Assembly: GCA_051362555.1 (NCBI GenBank)
Contig: CM120640.1
Location: forward strand, 44,866,788 to 44,930,787
Length of the DNA stretch: 64,000 nt
Reading direction: 5' to 3'
Source of the DNA: Lingula anatina
Taxonomy: Eukaryota; Animalia; Brachiopoda
Below, piece after piece: positions 9,901 to 22,501 of the stretch; the first letter of the stretch is position 1; every line of letters starts with the position of its first letter. Below the pieces are notes generated by a model. It was not told where the DNA came from, did not search any database, and saw only the letters and a list, made by a program, of their open reading frames with translations. Both the position numbers and the translations under genes were made by a program.

Positions 9901-11813
9901 TGAGAACAATCAGGCTGTAAATGTTTCAAAAGAAAATGGTCAAACTGATGGAGACCAGAGACAAATACAGGCAATGGAGAACATACTGCAGGAACAGGTA
10001 TTTTCTGCCAATGGCTTTGATGACCTGTCATTTAGATGAAGTTGTATTGTGACATGAGGTTTAAATTATTTTGTGTTATGTCAGCATTGATTCAGTATTA
10101 ACCTATACTATTTCAGTTCTTCTTATGGATTGCATGAAATTCAGTTTTAGAAGTTCAAATTTTAATATTTGAAGGAATAAATTCATGAATGATGAATGAA
10201 AATATAGATAAAGAATTCAAGAATGATTAATTTATATATAGATAAAGGTAGATTGCAAAGATAACTTTGTTATTAATTTATATCCATTCATTCAAAATGC
10301 CATTATTTCAATCTTTTAGAATGCACAAATGACAATACTACAGAAGAGAATAGATGAAATAGCAAGGTAAAGAACCACTATAAAACACAAATCAACCATT
10401 TTAAAGTTAACCGGAAAGATAAAGCTGTCTCAGACTGGAAGCTATTTCGAAATTCTTCTCTTTCTTGCTTTTTAATATTCAGAGCAGCAATAACTAGGAA
10501 GAGGAAAATCTAACAATATTAGCTACAATTTTCCTGTAATGTGATAACACTTGTTTTCCCCTTCTGTCACCAGGCTCCTGGATGATACAAGTTGTGTGCC
10601 AGGCAGTAGATATCAAACAGTGAGTAAACCAGGTAAGTTGTATAGATGCCAGAAGAACAGGATCTTGTTTTACAAAATAACAAAAGTGAAAAAAGTTGTA
10701 CTTTGACCTAACACTCACACACACACACGCGCACGCACGCACACGCACACACTGTTTAACACCAAGATCAAGTAAAACAGACCCAAATGTACTCACTTTA
10801 GTGACCTTGTGCTGATCAATGACACTGAAGATTAAATTACTCCTCTTAAATTACTCCTCCAGACATCCAATGTCTGTCTTAGTGGCAATAGGGTGTCTCA
10901 GAAATCTGTCCAGTTTCTGATAAAAAATATTCCTGGCCTACTTGTAGCGTATACTTTTCTAGAAAACAGCAAACATTTTATTAAGTTATTTATAACTTAA
11001 CTTTTTATGTCTAATATAAAGTTGATGGAGACAAAGATATCTCTGCTCTTATTACCCAGTTGTATCTTCTTCTGCACTTCAGAAAATTACAAAACGGAAA
11101 TAAATGCCATTGCAAAATACCAACTTTTGCATACTTGCAGGTTATAAGTTCATAATCATAGATACATTTGACTTTGATGTATTTCTGTTTGATATTGTAG
11201 AAACTTTAAATGTGATTTACATGACTGGAGAGACCAAAGTTCAAAAGACCTTCCTCCTGGACCAGGGGAGATTGAAGTTGGAAGTTCTGCAAAATGCTTT
11301 TGACATTGATACAGTTGAATTAGCAATTGGTAAATTGATGCTTTTTTTTTTTTTTTGATAAAAAAAGATATGTTGGCAATTGTACTGCCTTTGTGAGCAG
11401 CTTGTTTTGAATTCATTTAACTGTTGTGGTTTGTTTCTTATGCATATCAAATACATAAATTTATGAATTATCTTGATTACTTGTGTACAGTGTTTTAAGT
11501 GCCATGATGCAAACAGTTACCCTAACACAATCCATATTGGAATGAATTTTAATTTGAAAGCACAAATGACTATCTCCAAAATATGTATTTCAAATCTCTT
11601 ACTCATCCCAATGACATAAAAATACTTTTGTTATAAAAATCTACTTTTCTCTATTTTCTAGACAAGTCCTGGTGTGTGTTAGGATCTAACATAGATGGAT
11701 ATGTTCCTATAAAGTTTGACCCAGAGACCACTGTGTTCATATGTGGCAGGCAGACAAGGAGGGTGCTGGCACCTAAAAATGGAGAAAATGATGCAGACAA
11801 AACATTATTATAG
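833..11813 (+). CDS. WDCP: WD repeat and coiled-coil containing protein (WDCP/C2orf44 orthologue), 5'-partial, 10 coding exons in window
   Basis: Exons 833-951, 1335-1453, 1609-1728, 2243-2338, 4604-4778, 9360-9997, 10320-10366, 10574-10632, 11201-11329, 11662-11813 (TAG). All are GT-AG and join in one open frame (about 550 aa). Motifs GVLSPDLLYF, VVGSSNQDTIQIYS, ERPKGIC...DPTFLPSS, LLDQGRLKLEVLQNAF and WCVLGSNIDGYVPIKF resemble remembered human WDCP (GILVPDLIAF, ERPKGICF, TFLPSS, LLCDGKLRL, WILLSADSEGFIPLTF). N-terminal exons lie upstream of the window. Confidence 0.9.
1335..1453 (+). CDS. WDCP: WDCP exon (DAPNEVTSESL...)
   Basis: tttcag acceptor, gtatgt donor, phase matches neighbours. Confidence 0.75.
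1609..1728 (+). CDS. WDCP: WDCP exon (KIHDISQLLVVSIE...GVLSPDLLYFE)
   Basis: tttcag acceptor, GAG/gtattt donor, 120 nt, phase 0-0. Confidence 0.85.
2243..2338 (+). CDS. WDCP: WDCP exon (GSQQMLVVGSSNQDTIQIYS...)
   Basis: tttcag acceptor, gtaagt donor, 96 nt. Confidence 0.85.
2554..2590 (-). terminator. Histone-type 3' processing signal (stem-loop plus downstream element) of the nested ORF
   Basis: Minus strand reads GGTCCT-TATC-AGGACC (2590-2575; 6-bp stem, 4-nt loop with U at positions 1 and 3), then ACCCA (2574-2570), then CAAGAAAAG (2562-2554). This is the arrangement of the SLBP site, cleavage site and U7-binding HDE (sea urchin consensus CAAGAAAGA). Confidence 0.8.
2650..2982 (-). CDS. 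Nested antisense intronless ORF, 110 aa, unknown non-histone protein (MDNYCQEIRNAVTADTT...GAIDTKQH)
   Basis: First ATG downstream of the TATA box, in strong context (agaATGg, 2982); TGA at 2652-2650; visibly more GC-rich than the host intron; flanked by a core promoter and a histone-type 3' end 59 nt past the stop. The ORF track starts it at a TTG (3018), which I do not accept. Confidence 0.7.
   Translation of the reverse strand: MDNYCQEIRNAVTADTTYTTFLKCHKATVYAQWLHNYAQHLRASISRASDKRRQAWVMKLSVRLSYVEDLKEMLLRYSKNMTDRAMNVFSIPLSTNPVSMFEGAIDTKQH
3095..3360 (-). promoter_or_regulatory. Promoter of the nested gene: TATA box, Inr-like site, CAGGTAG/TGACA motif cluster
   Basis: TATATAAG on minus strand at 3130-3123, with TCA (A at 3099) 31 nt downstream. 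CAGGTAG at 3109, 3240, 3293 (reverse), 3310, 3339, 3352. TGACA/TGTCA at 3106, 3178, 3190, 3209, 3230, 3271, 3277, 3307. CACCTG at 3181 and 3259. Confidence 0.7.
4604..4778 (+). CDS. WDCP: WDCP exon (KLSQDERPKGIC...FLPSSPYAEYELSLK)
   Basis: ttgcag acceptor, AAG/gtaatt donor; most diagnostic WDCP motif. Confidence 0.9.
5363..6165 (+). repeat. Diverged direct duplication (about 140 bp units near 5363-5490 and 6014-6165)
   Basis: gaatccaacctgcttgaatcttatttacttaaaggcctgtcaaag versus gaatcctacttgcttgaatcccatttactcagatgcctgccaaag, each followed by aatgtcc and ggtgtgact. Confidence 0.6.
9360..9997 (+). CDS. WDCP: WDCP large low-complexity exon ending at the coiled coil
   Basis: cttcag acceptor, CAG/gtattt donor; inside ORF 9212-10039; contains PKIPPRR proline motif and QIQAMENILQEQ. 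Confidence 0.85.
10320..10366 (+). CDS. WDCP: WDCP exon (NAQMTILQKRIDEIAR, coiled coil)
   Basis: ttttag acceptor, AAG/gtaaag donor, frame consistent. Confidence 0.8.
10574..10632 (+). CDS. WDCP: WDCP exon (LLDDTSCVPGSRYQTVSKP)
   Basis: caccag acceptor, CAG/gtaagt donor, frame consistent. Confidence 0.8.
11201..11329 (+). CDS. WDCP: WDCP exon (ETLNVIY...LLDQGRLKLEVLQNAFDIDTVELAI)
   Basis: ttgtag acceptor, gtaaat donor; conserved C-terminal domain. Confidence 0.85.
11662..11813 (+). CDS. WDCP: WDCP last coding exon (DKSWCVLGSNIDGYVPIKF...TLL*)
   Basis: ttctag acceptor, in-frame TAG at 11811-11813. Confidence 0.85.
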
Positions 11814-12035
11814 TGGATTATTACATACTGCTTCCACACAACTAGGCATTTATGATAGCAGTGCAAAAACAGTGTTTAGTAATTGTTTGACTAGGAGATT
11901 TACAGGTTGGAGCACATTTTGTTCTTTCCACCATCAACATTAATGGCATTTTGATCTCTGGTTGGTGTCAAAACTGCTAAGTACTAAATGGGTCTATGAT
12001 ATGTGTGTGTTTGTGTATGCATGCTTTCCTGCATG

Positions 12036-12038
<3 letters not shown>

Positions 12039-12126
<88 letters not shown>
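12039..12126. repeat. Compound (TG)n(GA)n microsatellite in the WDCP 3' UTR region
   Basis: Directly visible. Confidence 0.95.
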
Positions 12127-12134
<8 letters not shown>

Positions 12135-13697
12135 TTATAGGGATCTAAGAGTGCACCTCTTTTCGTTTTTTTCTTATTACTCTATAATGCAGCTGAAGGT
12201 CCTTTTCATTTTTTTCATTTTGCCTGAAAGAAAAATTGTTGAAACAGATTATTGAAATTGTTGTGTTTGCTAGATTTCTGTCTTAGAAATCAAATTTGCA
12301 TATACACAGATTGGTTCATGTTCAGTTCAGCAAGCCATATTGATCAAAATAGATGAAGTGTGTAAATGTGGCAATTGTCTGGATATTACTGATGACTTTA
12401 GTCAGAGTTAATTATTTGCAATAATTTCAAAAACATGAAAGACAATATTGAGTCATGAATCAAATTGTCCATATTATCTTAAAGAAAGTATAATGTTGAT
12501 GGCGGCAATTTAGTTTCATCAACTGCTGAATGTAATTTGCAATTATTTTTTTACGATAAGCAAAAAGAAATTGTATATTTGCTGGCAAATTATTTGCAAA
12601 ACAAAATACATACTCAGGGTTTTCTATTCAACATTATATTTAATATTATAAGGGTTTCATTCACATAAAACTCCATATGGTTCACAGTTATTGCCCTTGG
12701 GTTAAAAAACACTTTGATTTTGTTCCCCCCTTTTTTTGTAATGGTTGAATTTTTTCTACACATACGGTGAGAGGCTGCATGTATGTGCCAGTGCCTATTT
12801 GCCTAGATTGTCTGATCTATTGTACTTTTCACAGATTTACCTTTTCCGTAGTATATATACTAGCAGAATCTCCTTGTTAACTGGCAGCTGACAGAGTACA
12901 GCCATGTGAAAAAATGCCTTTTGCTTTTTATGCTAGTCTCTTTTTTGAAAGTTGTATAACAATACTTCAAGAATTATCTTTTGTTAAACAACAATATTGG
13001 TATGTTTGATATACTGGTCATTCTTTCAGATGTATATTTTGTGAAAATTGTATATGAGAAGTTTGATAGGTAAACTTTGGAGTGGAGTTCTACTTGATCA
13101 TGTTAACATGGATTTATATTGATGCATGAGAATATGAAGGAAACGTTCTCATAAGTGTCAGTACTTTTTTTTTAATTTTATTTTTCATCATTTTTTTTTA
13201 TTTAGTGTTTTTACTCTACTAGTTCTGTTGATATGTGTAATTGTTGTGAAAATTCCATTGAGCAAATAGAAAATGAGCCTTTCAGAGTGAGCATGTTTGT
13301 GTGTTCAACAAACTTAGGAAATTCTTATGAAGTAAATTATTATAAGTGTGGACGTTGACCCTAGAGATGTGATTTGGATGATAAATCAATTAGTTTTATA
13401 TATGAAACCATTCTTTCCATATGGTGAATATCTTTACAACTTTCTTATAGATGAATTTGCTTCAGTTCTTGAAAATTGCTATAATTTTGCAAACCTCCCT
13501 GTGTTTTTTAGAATTGTTTAAAATGTAATTGTCTTAGGTGCAGCTTGAAACTACAAAGAAAGGATTAATGGGCTGTTTCAATTTCAAATGCAGCTTTTTG
13601 TCATGAATTCCATATGTAATTATTATGTACAGATATTTATTATAAAAGATATATTTTGTCATTGAAAATAACAGTGCCTGCAAGCAATTAATGTGCA

Positions 13698-13703
13698 AAT
13701 AAA
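13698..13703 (+). terminator. Probable WDCP polyadenylation signal
   Basis: AATAAA at the end of a long U-rich, CpG-poor tract, followed by U/GU-rich sequence; CpGs reappear just downstream. Confidence 0.5.
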
Positions 13704-13922
13704 CGTTTCAAAGATCATCAGTTGTTCCAGTTTTAAAATTGTATACACATTGAAGAGCAGGAGGTAGGCCTAATTTCGTCGAACATCTTGGACCCATCAT
13801 TAAAGAAATATAAATGTCTTTGATCATGTTAATGTATAACTAAGCCAAAAAATAAAACAGTTATCACAAATTTCCAGGGATCCGGATAGTTCATCATAAT
13901 ATTGTTCAACAAGTTATTTCAT

Positions 13923-13967
<45 letters not shown>

Positions 13968-14423
13968 AAATCCAAAGAAGTCTAATGTTGATTTCAAATA
14001 CGTATAGGTATGGTGGAAGCAAACCTCGATTGTGACTACCTAGGTTGTGAACAAAACAGATTGTGCTTGCTGTGCCGTAAGTGTGCAGTCTTCTCTGTAG
14101 CATTCCCGTCAACTGAAACAGGCCTTCTGGTCAATCTGTTGATAGACTATTAGTTGCTTGTGAAAGGATAAAACCATTCAGACATGATATTTGATGAACT
14201 TATCACTGGTAGGTATAAAAATCAAAATGGCAAAATGGACATAGTATAGAATGTAAAATAGAGGTGCTGTATATTTTCATTGGACTAAGTTATACAGTAA
14301 CAGAGATGATCAAAATTTATGGATCCAAAACGTAGAGATATATCTGGTGAATTTTTATGACGGTCTCTTTAGTTGGGATTGAAGTATCCAAAATACCCTT
14401 CCCCAAAATACGGCGTGGGTGTA

Positions 14424-14424
<1 letters not shown>

Positions 14425-14472
<48 letters not shown>
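14425..14472. repeat. (ATT)n microsatellite
   Basis: Directly visible. Confidence 0.95.
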
Positions 14473-14888
14473 TTAATGCTAACTTAAATTTAACGCATTA
14501 CTGAGGATACAAATCCCATATACTGAAGATGGGGTCATAAGTTCTCGAGACTTGCGGCCTTACTTGAACGTCCCCTGAGCGGACCCTATAGACTGTTCAA
14601 TATACACAATTACGATTTGCCTTTTTGCCTTAAACGTTCTGAGAAAGTCTTAAGTCAGTTTTGAAGCTAAAATCTTAATATGATAAGACTTTGCAGATTA
14701 AGCAGGCCCTATGCCAAATACATTAATTTTAAGTCAATCAATTTAAAGAGAAATATCACAATGTCAACTTTGCACAGTCGGCTATTTTAGCAATCTGCAC
14801 TATCCAAAGAACTTGAGACTTCCTGTTATTGGTCTGAAACTTTGCAGTGGCGTGTTTTTTTCAGATAACCCTTGATAGATATTACATC

Positions 14889-15122
14889 CAGGGGCGGATC
14901 TAGGATTATTTGAATGGAGTGTCCGCACATGCGAAGCTGACCCCTCCCTCCCCCCCCCCCCCCCCAACCCCGCTGGCGTGGGGTTCGGAGCCCGCTGAAG
15001 GGCCCGAAAAATTTTGGTGTTTTACAGGGCGAACGGTGCCATTTTATTAGTGTGATTTTTTTTCATAAACCGAAGAAAGAGGGGGTCAGGACCCCACTGA
15101 CTCCCCTCTAAATCCCCCATTG
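14889..15122. mobile_element. Degenerate hAT-like MITE
   Basis: Begins CAGGGGCGGATCTAG and ends CTAAATCCCCCATTG (imperfect inverted repeat); GC-rich interior with a poly-C run; no clear TSD. Confidence 0.6.
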
Positions 15123-17645
15123 ATATCGATGGCTAAATAACGTGCATATAACGTGCATGTAATTACGTTCCTTTATATATATGTTTCTCATTTGAAAGTC
15201 AAATGCCTTTTTAATTACGTGATTTAAACTGTGAATTGTCTTTACCTTTTGAGCTTCTTAGAGTGCCGCGTAGTATCAAACTAAAGTAAGCTTAACAGTC
15301 TTTTGTAAATCACAGATGGTTTTGAGAAAATCCCTCGCCGGTAAATAGCATGTAAGCATTGTTTTTATCTTGAATTGGACTCCATTCTGGTAGATCACGA
15401 TGAAATCATTTTCAGTTTTCATTTTGACATATGTGTTAAACAAGTGTGGTGTCTGTCTGTTCTTATAATTTATTACGGCGGTGAACAGCTTCTCGTCACT
15501 GAAAACAATAAACTCCAAGAACAGCTGTCTCTTTTTAGTCACGTTTTTTTAAAAAAGAGACTGTGTGACTCGTAAAATCGCAAAAATTGCAAATTTGGTA
15601 CATGTCGCTACCATGCATGAGTCGATTATTTATTTATTTATTTGTTTATTTATTATGTTACATGTTAGACCCAAATTAATTGTAAACAGATATACAGATT
15701 AATGGTTCTTTTTTCTACAAATATTATACACAAAAATGTGGGGTGTTAAAACACACGATTTCTGAGTACTGAGAGCGTCATAAGTGATTGCTGATTGACC
15801 TTTTTTAAAATTCATAATAGATGAAAAGATGCGTTTTCGAGACGCAAAGTTTCGACTTGAAGTCTTGTATAACGTTTCTCCTAACCTCTCCTTCCTTGAT
15901 TCATTGATCATGTTCAATGCACATGTATTATCTGTTCATAATGCACTGGCTGTTCTTTTCTGTGTGATAATAACATGCGGTAGAGAATAATACCCGTGTC
16001 TATTCTCATCGCATTTGGCCCAAAAATAACTCGCTGAGTCATAAAAATAGATAAAAGCTCTCCCGGAAGTAAACAGCGCGCTATGGCTGTATAATTGAAA
16101 CAGCTGCAAATTCACTGGGATCTTTTTTTTTTTTTACTCGTATTATGACTGTACACTGACAGCCGCTTCTTCGATTATACGTTAGACGATTCTCGCTGTG
16201 TGTGTTCCAAAGCACTAATGCCATACAGAATTTCACAGCCGTAGACTGAAAAATACATTTGCACTAGTATCACTATCAACTTCTATCCTTTCGTAGTCTA
16301 TCTTGTAGGTCTTGAAACACGGAAATAAAAACCAAATGTCTTTTATTTTGATTTTTAACTCACAGCAGTTAACTGAAAGGACGCAATGTGTCAAATGGGA
16401 AAGTTTTTGATTTATTTCAGGTTTCTTTAAGGTCTTTAAGGAGTCGGGAATATGCGACGCTTTTATTTTGTTTTCTATTTTTTTTTTTCAGTGATTCGTC
16501 CTCTGCCTGATACAGCTGTGGTGAAATTAAGTGGATTTAAATCAGTTTTCTGGAATTTGCAATCTCATAAGTTGTCAATTATTGCGATTCATGCCTATAA
16601 AGATTTTGATAAATAGTATTATTTTAGCCATTTTCCCCGAAAATTGTTCAGCATGCCGTTGTCCTCCACCTGTTTTGTTGATGTTATACGGGTAACGAGG
16701 AAATAGGCCTAGAACGTTCCAGAAACGCTTGTACATGTATTTCACGACAAAAGAAAGGGATATGTTTCAGGAAAATCGACTTCTTTGCCGATTTGTATTT
16801 TCTCATTAGGCACTGAAAAAGGACGAGCCCATATGGTTCCCCACCTCGTATGCTAACCTTAAGAGAGATTTGGAACCAAAAACGAATCGATTTGTTAAAG
16901 ACGTAATTTAAACATATCAAATACACCATGAAAATGAATCAAGGTATAGAGCATTGGCAATTTCATTTTGTGATCCTCCTCCCCATGCCTCTGCCAACAA
17001 GCACTATGAACAACAGATCCTGAAGTTTCCCCGTTTTTTTACAGAATTTAAGTCAGTTCATTGTTTGCTTATATAAGGCTTCAATGCAAAGTGTAAAATT
17101 ATTGAAAAGGGGGAGGGAGGGACACCTTGCACGAATTAATCTCTACACACGCCCTCTTCCACACGAATGTTTATAAGACCGTTTTACAAACGGTTGTCTT
17201 GTTTCTGGCACCATAGGTAATTAAGTAGTGTTCACTATATTAAGTCACGTTCTCGCTGGTCAAATGATATGCTTTTAGTTTTCTGTGATAGTTTCAATGC
17301 AGGAGCCATCAAACAGCTGAGAATGTTACACAACCTTTACGAGGCAACATAGGTAAAAACGTCTCGACAACACTCGTGATAGCAATGCGATCGGACCTCG
17401 GGTCTGCTATGTTAATTCGTTAATAAATAACGACTGCTGACCATGTTTTTAAAGTTACAGATATCGTAGACATGAACTCTTGCACACCTTGCTGATCGCT
17501 TAAAGAACTGTATCCCTTGTAGGTTAGTTTATTACTTTGTATTTTGAGAAACCTGAGAAATCCATTAACTGAGGTACTGACCGCCTCGTGACCAAATACC
17601 GCAAGTGGCACACTTGGCACTGTCCATCAGATGATGTAGACCTAC

Positions 17646-17668
17646 CCTCTCTCTCTCTCTCTCTCTCG

Positions 17669-17713
<45 letters not shown>
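17646..17713. repeat. Compound (CT)n(CA)n microsatellite
   Basis: Directly visible. Confidence 0.95.
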
Positions 17714-17719
<6 letters not shown>

Positions 17720-20700
17720 TTTTGACTCATGAAAGTTTTATGAAACGATAGACATTGAACAGGCTATAGCATGCATACACACGTGAGCGGTACGTGGTAC
17801 GTACGCAAGCAGGTACGCACGTTCTTACACACAGATATTACAAGCTGACATTTCCTCGTTTCTCTTCCCTTAGCATATGTTTTAGCAAAAACGTAACATC
17901 TTTTGATACTAGTTAAATGAGTAAAGTGCTCCTTTTGTGTTTAGAGACGTTCTAAATATTTTGTGCTAACAAACTCAAGAGGTACCAAATATTTAAAAGT
18001 GATGTGAAGCATGCGCCAGGTTTTCTTGCTGATGTCCATTAGTATAATAAGTGTTTTTTTAATGGATACAAATTAAACAGTCTCCATGTATATGCAAAAT
18101 GAATACCAGTATTTTTTTGTTTCTGTATTAAAACACTATCATATTGTAACATATAATCGAAGAACAAAACATTCATATAAGGACAATATTACTTCGTGTA
18201 CTGAGCAATTATCTATTCAATTCACACAAAATTTAGCAATTATAATCTCCGTAGTGATGATCATTTCCGTTGGCAAACATATTATGTACCTATTTCTTTC
18301 GTATAAAGCAAGGTCTGCATGGGAATTTATTCACAGTTAGGCATGAAACTAAACTAGACGCTTGTTGTTCGAGATCGATATTTCAGGGGCCTACAATTTA
18401 GGGGCCGTAGAAATTTGATAAAGAAAGAGAAACGTTTCGCTTAGTTCTAGTTCCGAGCGTGGTCAGTATTTTAGAATGGACCACAACTGAAATCAAATTC
18501 CCAGGACACAAGACTAAATATTATTTATACTGGATATTGCCCACCTGCCTGGTTTCGATAACTGCATAAATGCAGGCTTCCCTAATTGGAATTATATATT
18601 GTTTTCGAGAGCATTTACGGGACGTCTCTTGACTATCTTGCCTAATTTTTAAAAGTTAACGTTGAAGACGCACAAGTCTTCTCTGCGCGTCTGTCTTATG
18701 ACTTGATTAAAAGCGTCTCAATTATTTCTTATTAGCAGTCTTTTAGTCCAATTATGCCCTGTCAAATTCTGAGTGAAACAAAACAGTCGCTCGTGTTCCC
18801 CCTAAGGCGCCAGTAATCGCCTGTTGTACAGATTTTCTGAGAATTTTTCTGAGCACCAAGATAATTGCCTGTACTTTTAACTAAATTGCTTCTAGTTAAA
18901 GCAACTGTTGCAAATGGAAAAATTCCAGTATTTTCCATTTAGTTTGGATTTTTTTGCGTGAGTTTTGTAAATAATTCTATGGAAGAACCTTCAGTGTCTT
19001 TCTCTTTGCAAAACTCTTCCGGGTATTTCGATAGACGATTTTTTGTTATTACAACAATACTAAAAGGTTCAGAACAATACATAGAACATGGTTTCCCGGT
19101 TTGTCTCCGGTCAGCAGTGCACATCATGGAAATAGTACAGCTTTGTTTTCACAGTGGGAGATTATGTCATTAGTAACCTCCGATGATGCAATAAGGTGCG
19201 AATAAGTTGTGCCACCTGCGTGTAAGGGTATTCATGGTATTCTACTTGCAGGAACTCATCAAGACCCCAAAATAAAGGAATATTTCTTCACATCTACATG
19301 CACTCCAGCACTCACGCTTACACACGCGCGCGAGCGTTATGATATACAGTACTAGTAGGTGTCCTGTGCTTGATCAATTTCATAACCGAGGATATTAGTC
19401 TATTGTTTATATTATATTCAATGTAAATTATACCCTGCTGTAAAATAATTATTGATTTGCGATGTTATTAAACCTTGTCTTATTCCGAAAGAGCAGGCAA
19501 CAGATGAGACGCAGACAACTTTCGATCAATCATTAGTCTCAGTTTAGAATTACCTCGGGATATCCCTTTTTTTCCAACCACCTAATCCCCCTTCCGCCTA
19601 TCTCCCCTGAGATAGATGGACGGTGAGAGAGAGTGAGAGAGAGTGAGAGAGTGCTCAAATACAAGTTTTAGGGCGCTTTCATTTCACCACCTTCGATGAC
19701 TATTCAACAGTGTATTTCACTTTTTGTTTACTAATTTATACGCAAACGCACGTGCAGACTGCGGATTGTGATGCGTTCAGAGCTTGCTTCCCATTACGTC
19801 ACTGTCTGATCAATTATCGAATTAAACAATTATCTATTTTTAACATTTTAAATTGGCTATAAATGTTGCCCTTCTAAAAATATGTTGTGTTTCATGTTCC
19901 GTCTAAGTTTATATCGACGTCAGGAAGTTATAAAATTGATTAAGATTTTGACTGTGATTTTGATTGCTTTCTTCAAAAATAGAGAAAGAGAGAGAGAGAG
20001 AGGGAGAGAGAGAGAGGGGTGGACCAATATTTCAAATAACTGATTGTACTGACTCTAAAATAACGTCTACGACCCGAAGAAAAACACAACGAAATCTTGT
20101 ACGTGCGATTGGAAAAGAAAGAATCGACCCTACGGGAATATGAATATTGATTACCACACTGCAAAACATATTATTACATAACCAATCACTCCCAAGATAT
20201 CAAAAAACTTTAAAAGTTACCAATCATCCGGAGAGGAAATCATGTCGCCGCCGAAGTAGCTGACGGACCGTGAAACAGAGAGTCCGCCCTCCATTCGTTT
20301 TATACATGTTAGGGTTAACCTGACTTAGTGGATCTAAATGCAGGACAGGGTTTACCTGTGCAAGCCAATGGGCACTGGCCCCTGTATCCCACAATACTCT
20401 CTAGTACACGGGACCGGGCTTCTCTCTGATCCACAGAATTGATTGCTTAGTTTAAATACCGAAGTGTATAGCATCTCCTGGGTATCCTAATACCCGCAAT
20501 TGAAAATAAATCATCTAGCTTTTGCTTCAGTTCACCCAAACGTTTGAATTATTTAACCCTCCAACCGTCAACGTGCCAAAAATAGCAATTTGGCACGGAC
20601 AAAAATGGCAAAAATCAATTATTGAGTGGAAGTCGGGAATCACAGCAAGACTGTGATTGATTTTAACGATCATGCAAAAACTTATATTATGAAGACATGA

Positions 20701-22327
20701 GAGAGTAAATTTGACAACACGTCATGAGAAGTCACGAATCAAAATAAAAGTAAAATAAATTCAATTTAATAGTGCAGACCATGCTGCGCTGTTCATTTTG
20801 GGAAACAACTACAAACATCAAAAACTTGAACAGAATTGTAGATTTGGATTAGCAATTTACACCAAGGAAAGCCGTGTATACTTTTTCTCTTTCGAAGATA
20901 AATCTAATTTAGAAGTACTGAGAGAGAGAAAGAGAGAGGCGTGATGAAAAAAACATTGAGATGAAAGACCAGCCAATAATCGGCGCCCTTGAGCAATGTC
21001 AGATTCTTTCTCATGAGTCCCTAGATCAGCCCGTAATCCTGGTGCTTAATATCTGATGCTTAATCTTACTTCCTTATTGACAGTTAATACCTTCCACTGT
21101 CCCTTAAATTCTCATAGTTTCCTCTTTGGATGAAAATTTGATCGATTACTGGAAATAACAATTGGCTTGCAGTGGCGTTCAACCAGCTAATGGCTAGTTA
21201 CGGGAAAAAGCACGCATAATTTTCCCCTTTTATTTCATTAAAATATAATTTTGAAGTAATTGCCTTATTACGATACCAAGCAAGCGATCGTTGTATATGA
21301 GAGACGGAGAGAGAGGGAGAGACTCACTATTCAATATTGAATAAGATCAAATGAGCCCCATATTAATTTTCAGTAAAAAAATATTAAAATATTTAATGCC
21401 GCCGGGTACTACCTGAAACTACCTGTCATTTTAATTTAATTAGAATAAGCTGGTTCGGCAAATCTAATAATAAACGAAATCAGAATATCTTCCTGTTATT
21501 TATTTTCGAACTTCTTCTAGGACGTCAGTCTGATAAATGTTAACCAGAAGTGTTATGCCACTTTTAATAAAACAAACAGCTAAAACTTTAATGTAAATTT
21601 TGGTTTTTATGAAATATCCGCTGAGCTGGTTTTGCTTGGCAAAGTCCCATTGAACATTTATAATCTACCGGCACAGGTGGGGCTTACGGAGAAAGATTGA
21701 TAACTTTGATTTATCAACATTGGGATTCTGTTACTCACGCTACTGCAAGTTAACGATTTATTTTGAAAACACTTGGCACGTGAGGATAAACTCAAGCCAA
21801 AACTGGCACAAGGACTCAATCTTATCCACATATTTGCACTCACCGGTGTAGCAAATGAGGATCTGGACTCGTACATACGTCCGTGTGAACAAATTTCTGT
21901 GAAGCGCACACATGCATCAACTCTCTCCCTCTCTCTCTCTTTTTTTTTATCTCACAAGCAGACAAGCACACAGATGGGATTTCTCTTTTCACATTTGAAC
22001 ACGCGCTTTACTTTTTAGTTGAAGGGGCGTAGAAATTAGTTTCTCATTAAAGTGACGCTTATGAATTATGTAGCGGACATGCACGAAGGAGAATATCGTT
22101 TGACATATCTATTAAATAGACTATTATTCAAAGTGATAAGTACGTGTTGTGTGCAATAGCGTAGTATGATGGGATGGATTATTTCTATTCATTTGCATAA
22201 AAAGTCATAAGTGTATTTCCTCTGGTCTAAATGAATTCTTCATTTGAAAGTGATCGATATTTTTTTAAATATCAAACCGATATGGAAATATGTGTACCCA
22301 CTAATTGGCTACTAAGTACATACTAAG

Positions 22328-22501
22328 GGGGGCGTCTCGATAGTCCGAAGGTTCATTGGTCCGAAGGTTCATTGGTCCGAAAAGTGGTAACATTTTCATC
22401 GCTTTTTTAATCAAGGGTTCATTGGTCCGAAGGTTCTATAGTGAACATTCGGACCAATGAACCTTCGGACTATTGAACCTTCGGACTATCGCTACGGCCC
22501 C
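22328..22501. mobile_element. Foldback/Mutator-like MITE with 16-bp subterminal repeats and 9-bp TSD
   Basis: TIRs GGGGGCGTCTCGATAGTCCGAAGG and CCTTCGGACTATCGCTACGGCCCC; internal GTCCGAAGGTTCATTG units in both orientations; exact flanking direct repeat CATACTAAG at 22319-22327 and 22502-22510. Confidence 0.85.

Noticed and set aside
9212-10039. Stand-alone 275-aa gene
   Set aside because: It is WDCP exon 9360-9997 plus read-through into flanking intron.
20975-21095. Cluster of TAATC-like homeodomain sites downstream of the GPCR
   Set aside because: Only one exact TAATCC; too weak in AT-rich DNA to call an enhancer.
22340-22490. CRISPR-like repeat array
   Set aside because: Repeats are adjacent without unique spacers, are inverted across the element and are bounded by a TSD; the context is eukaryotic.
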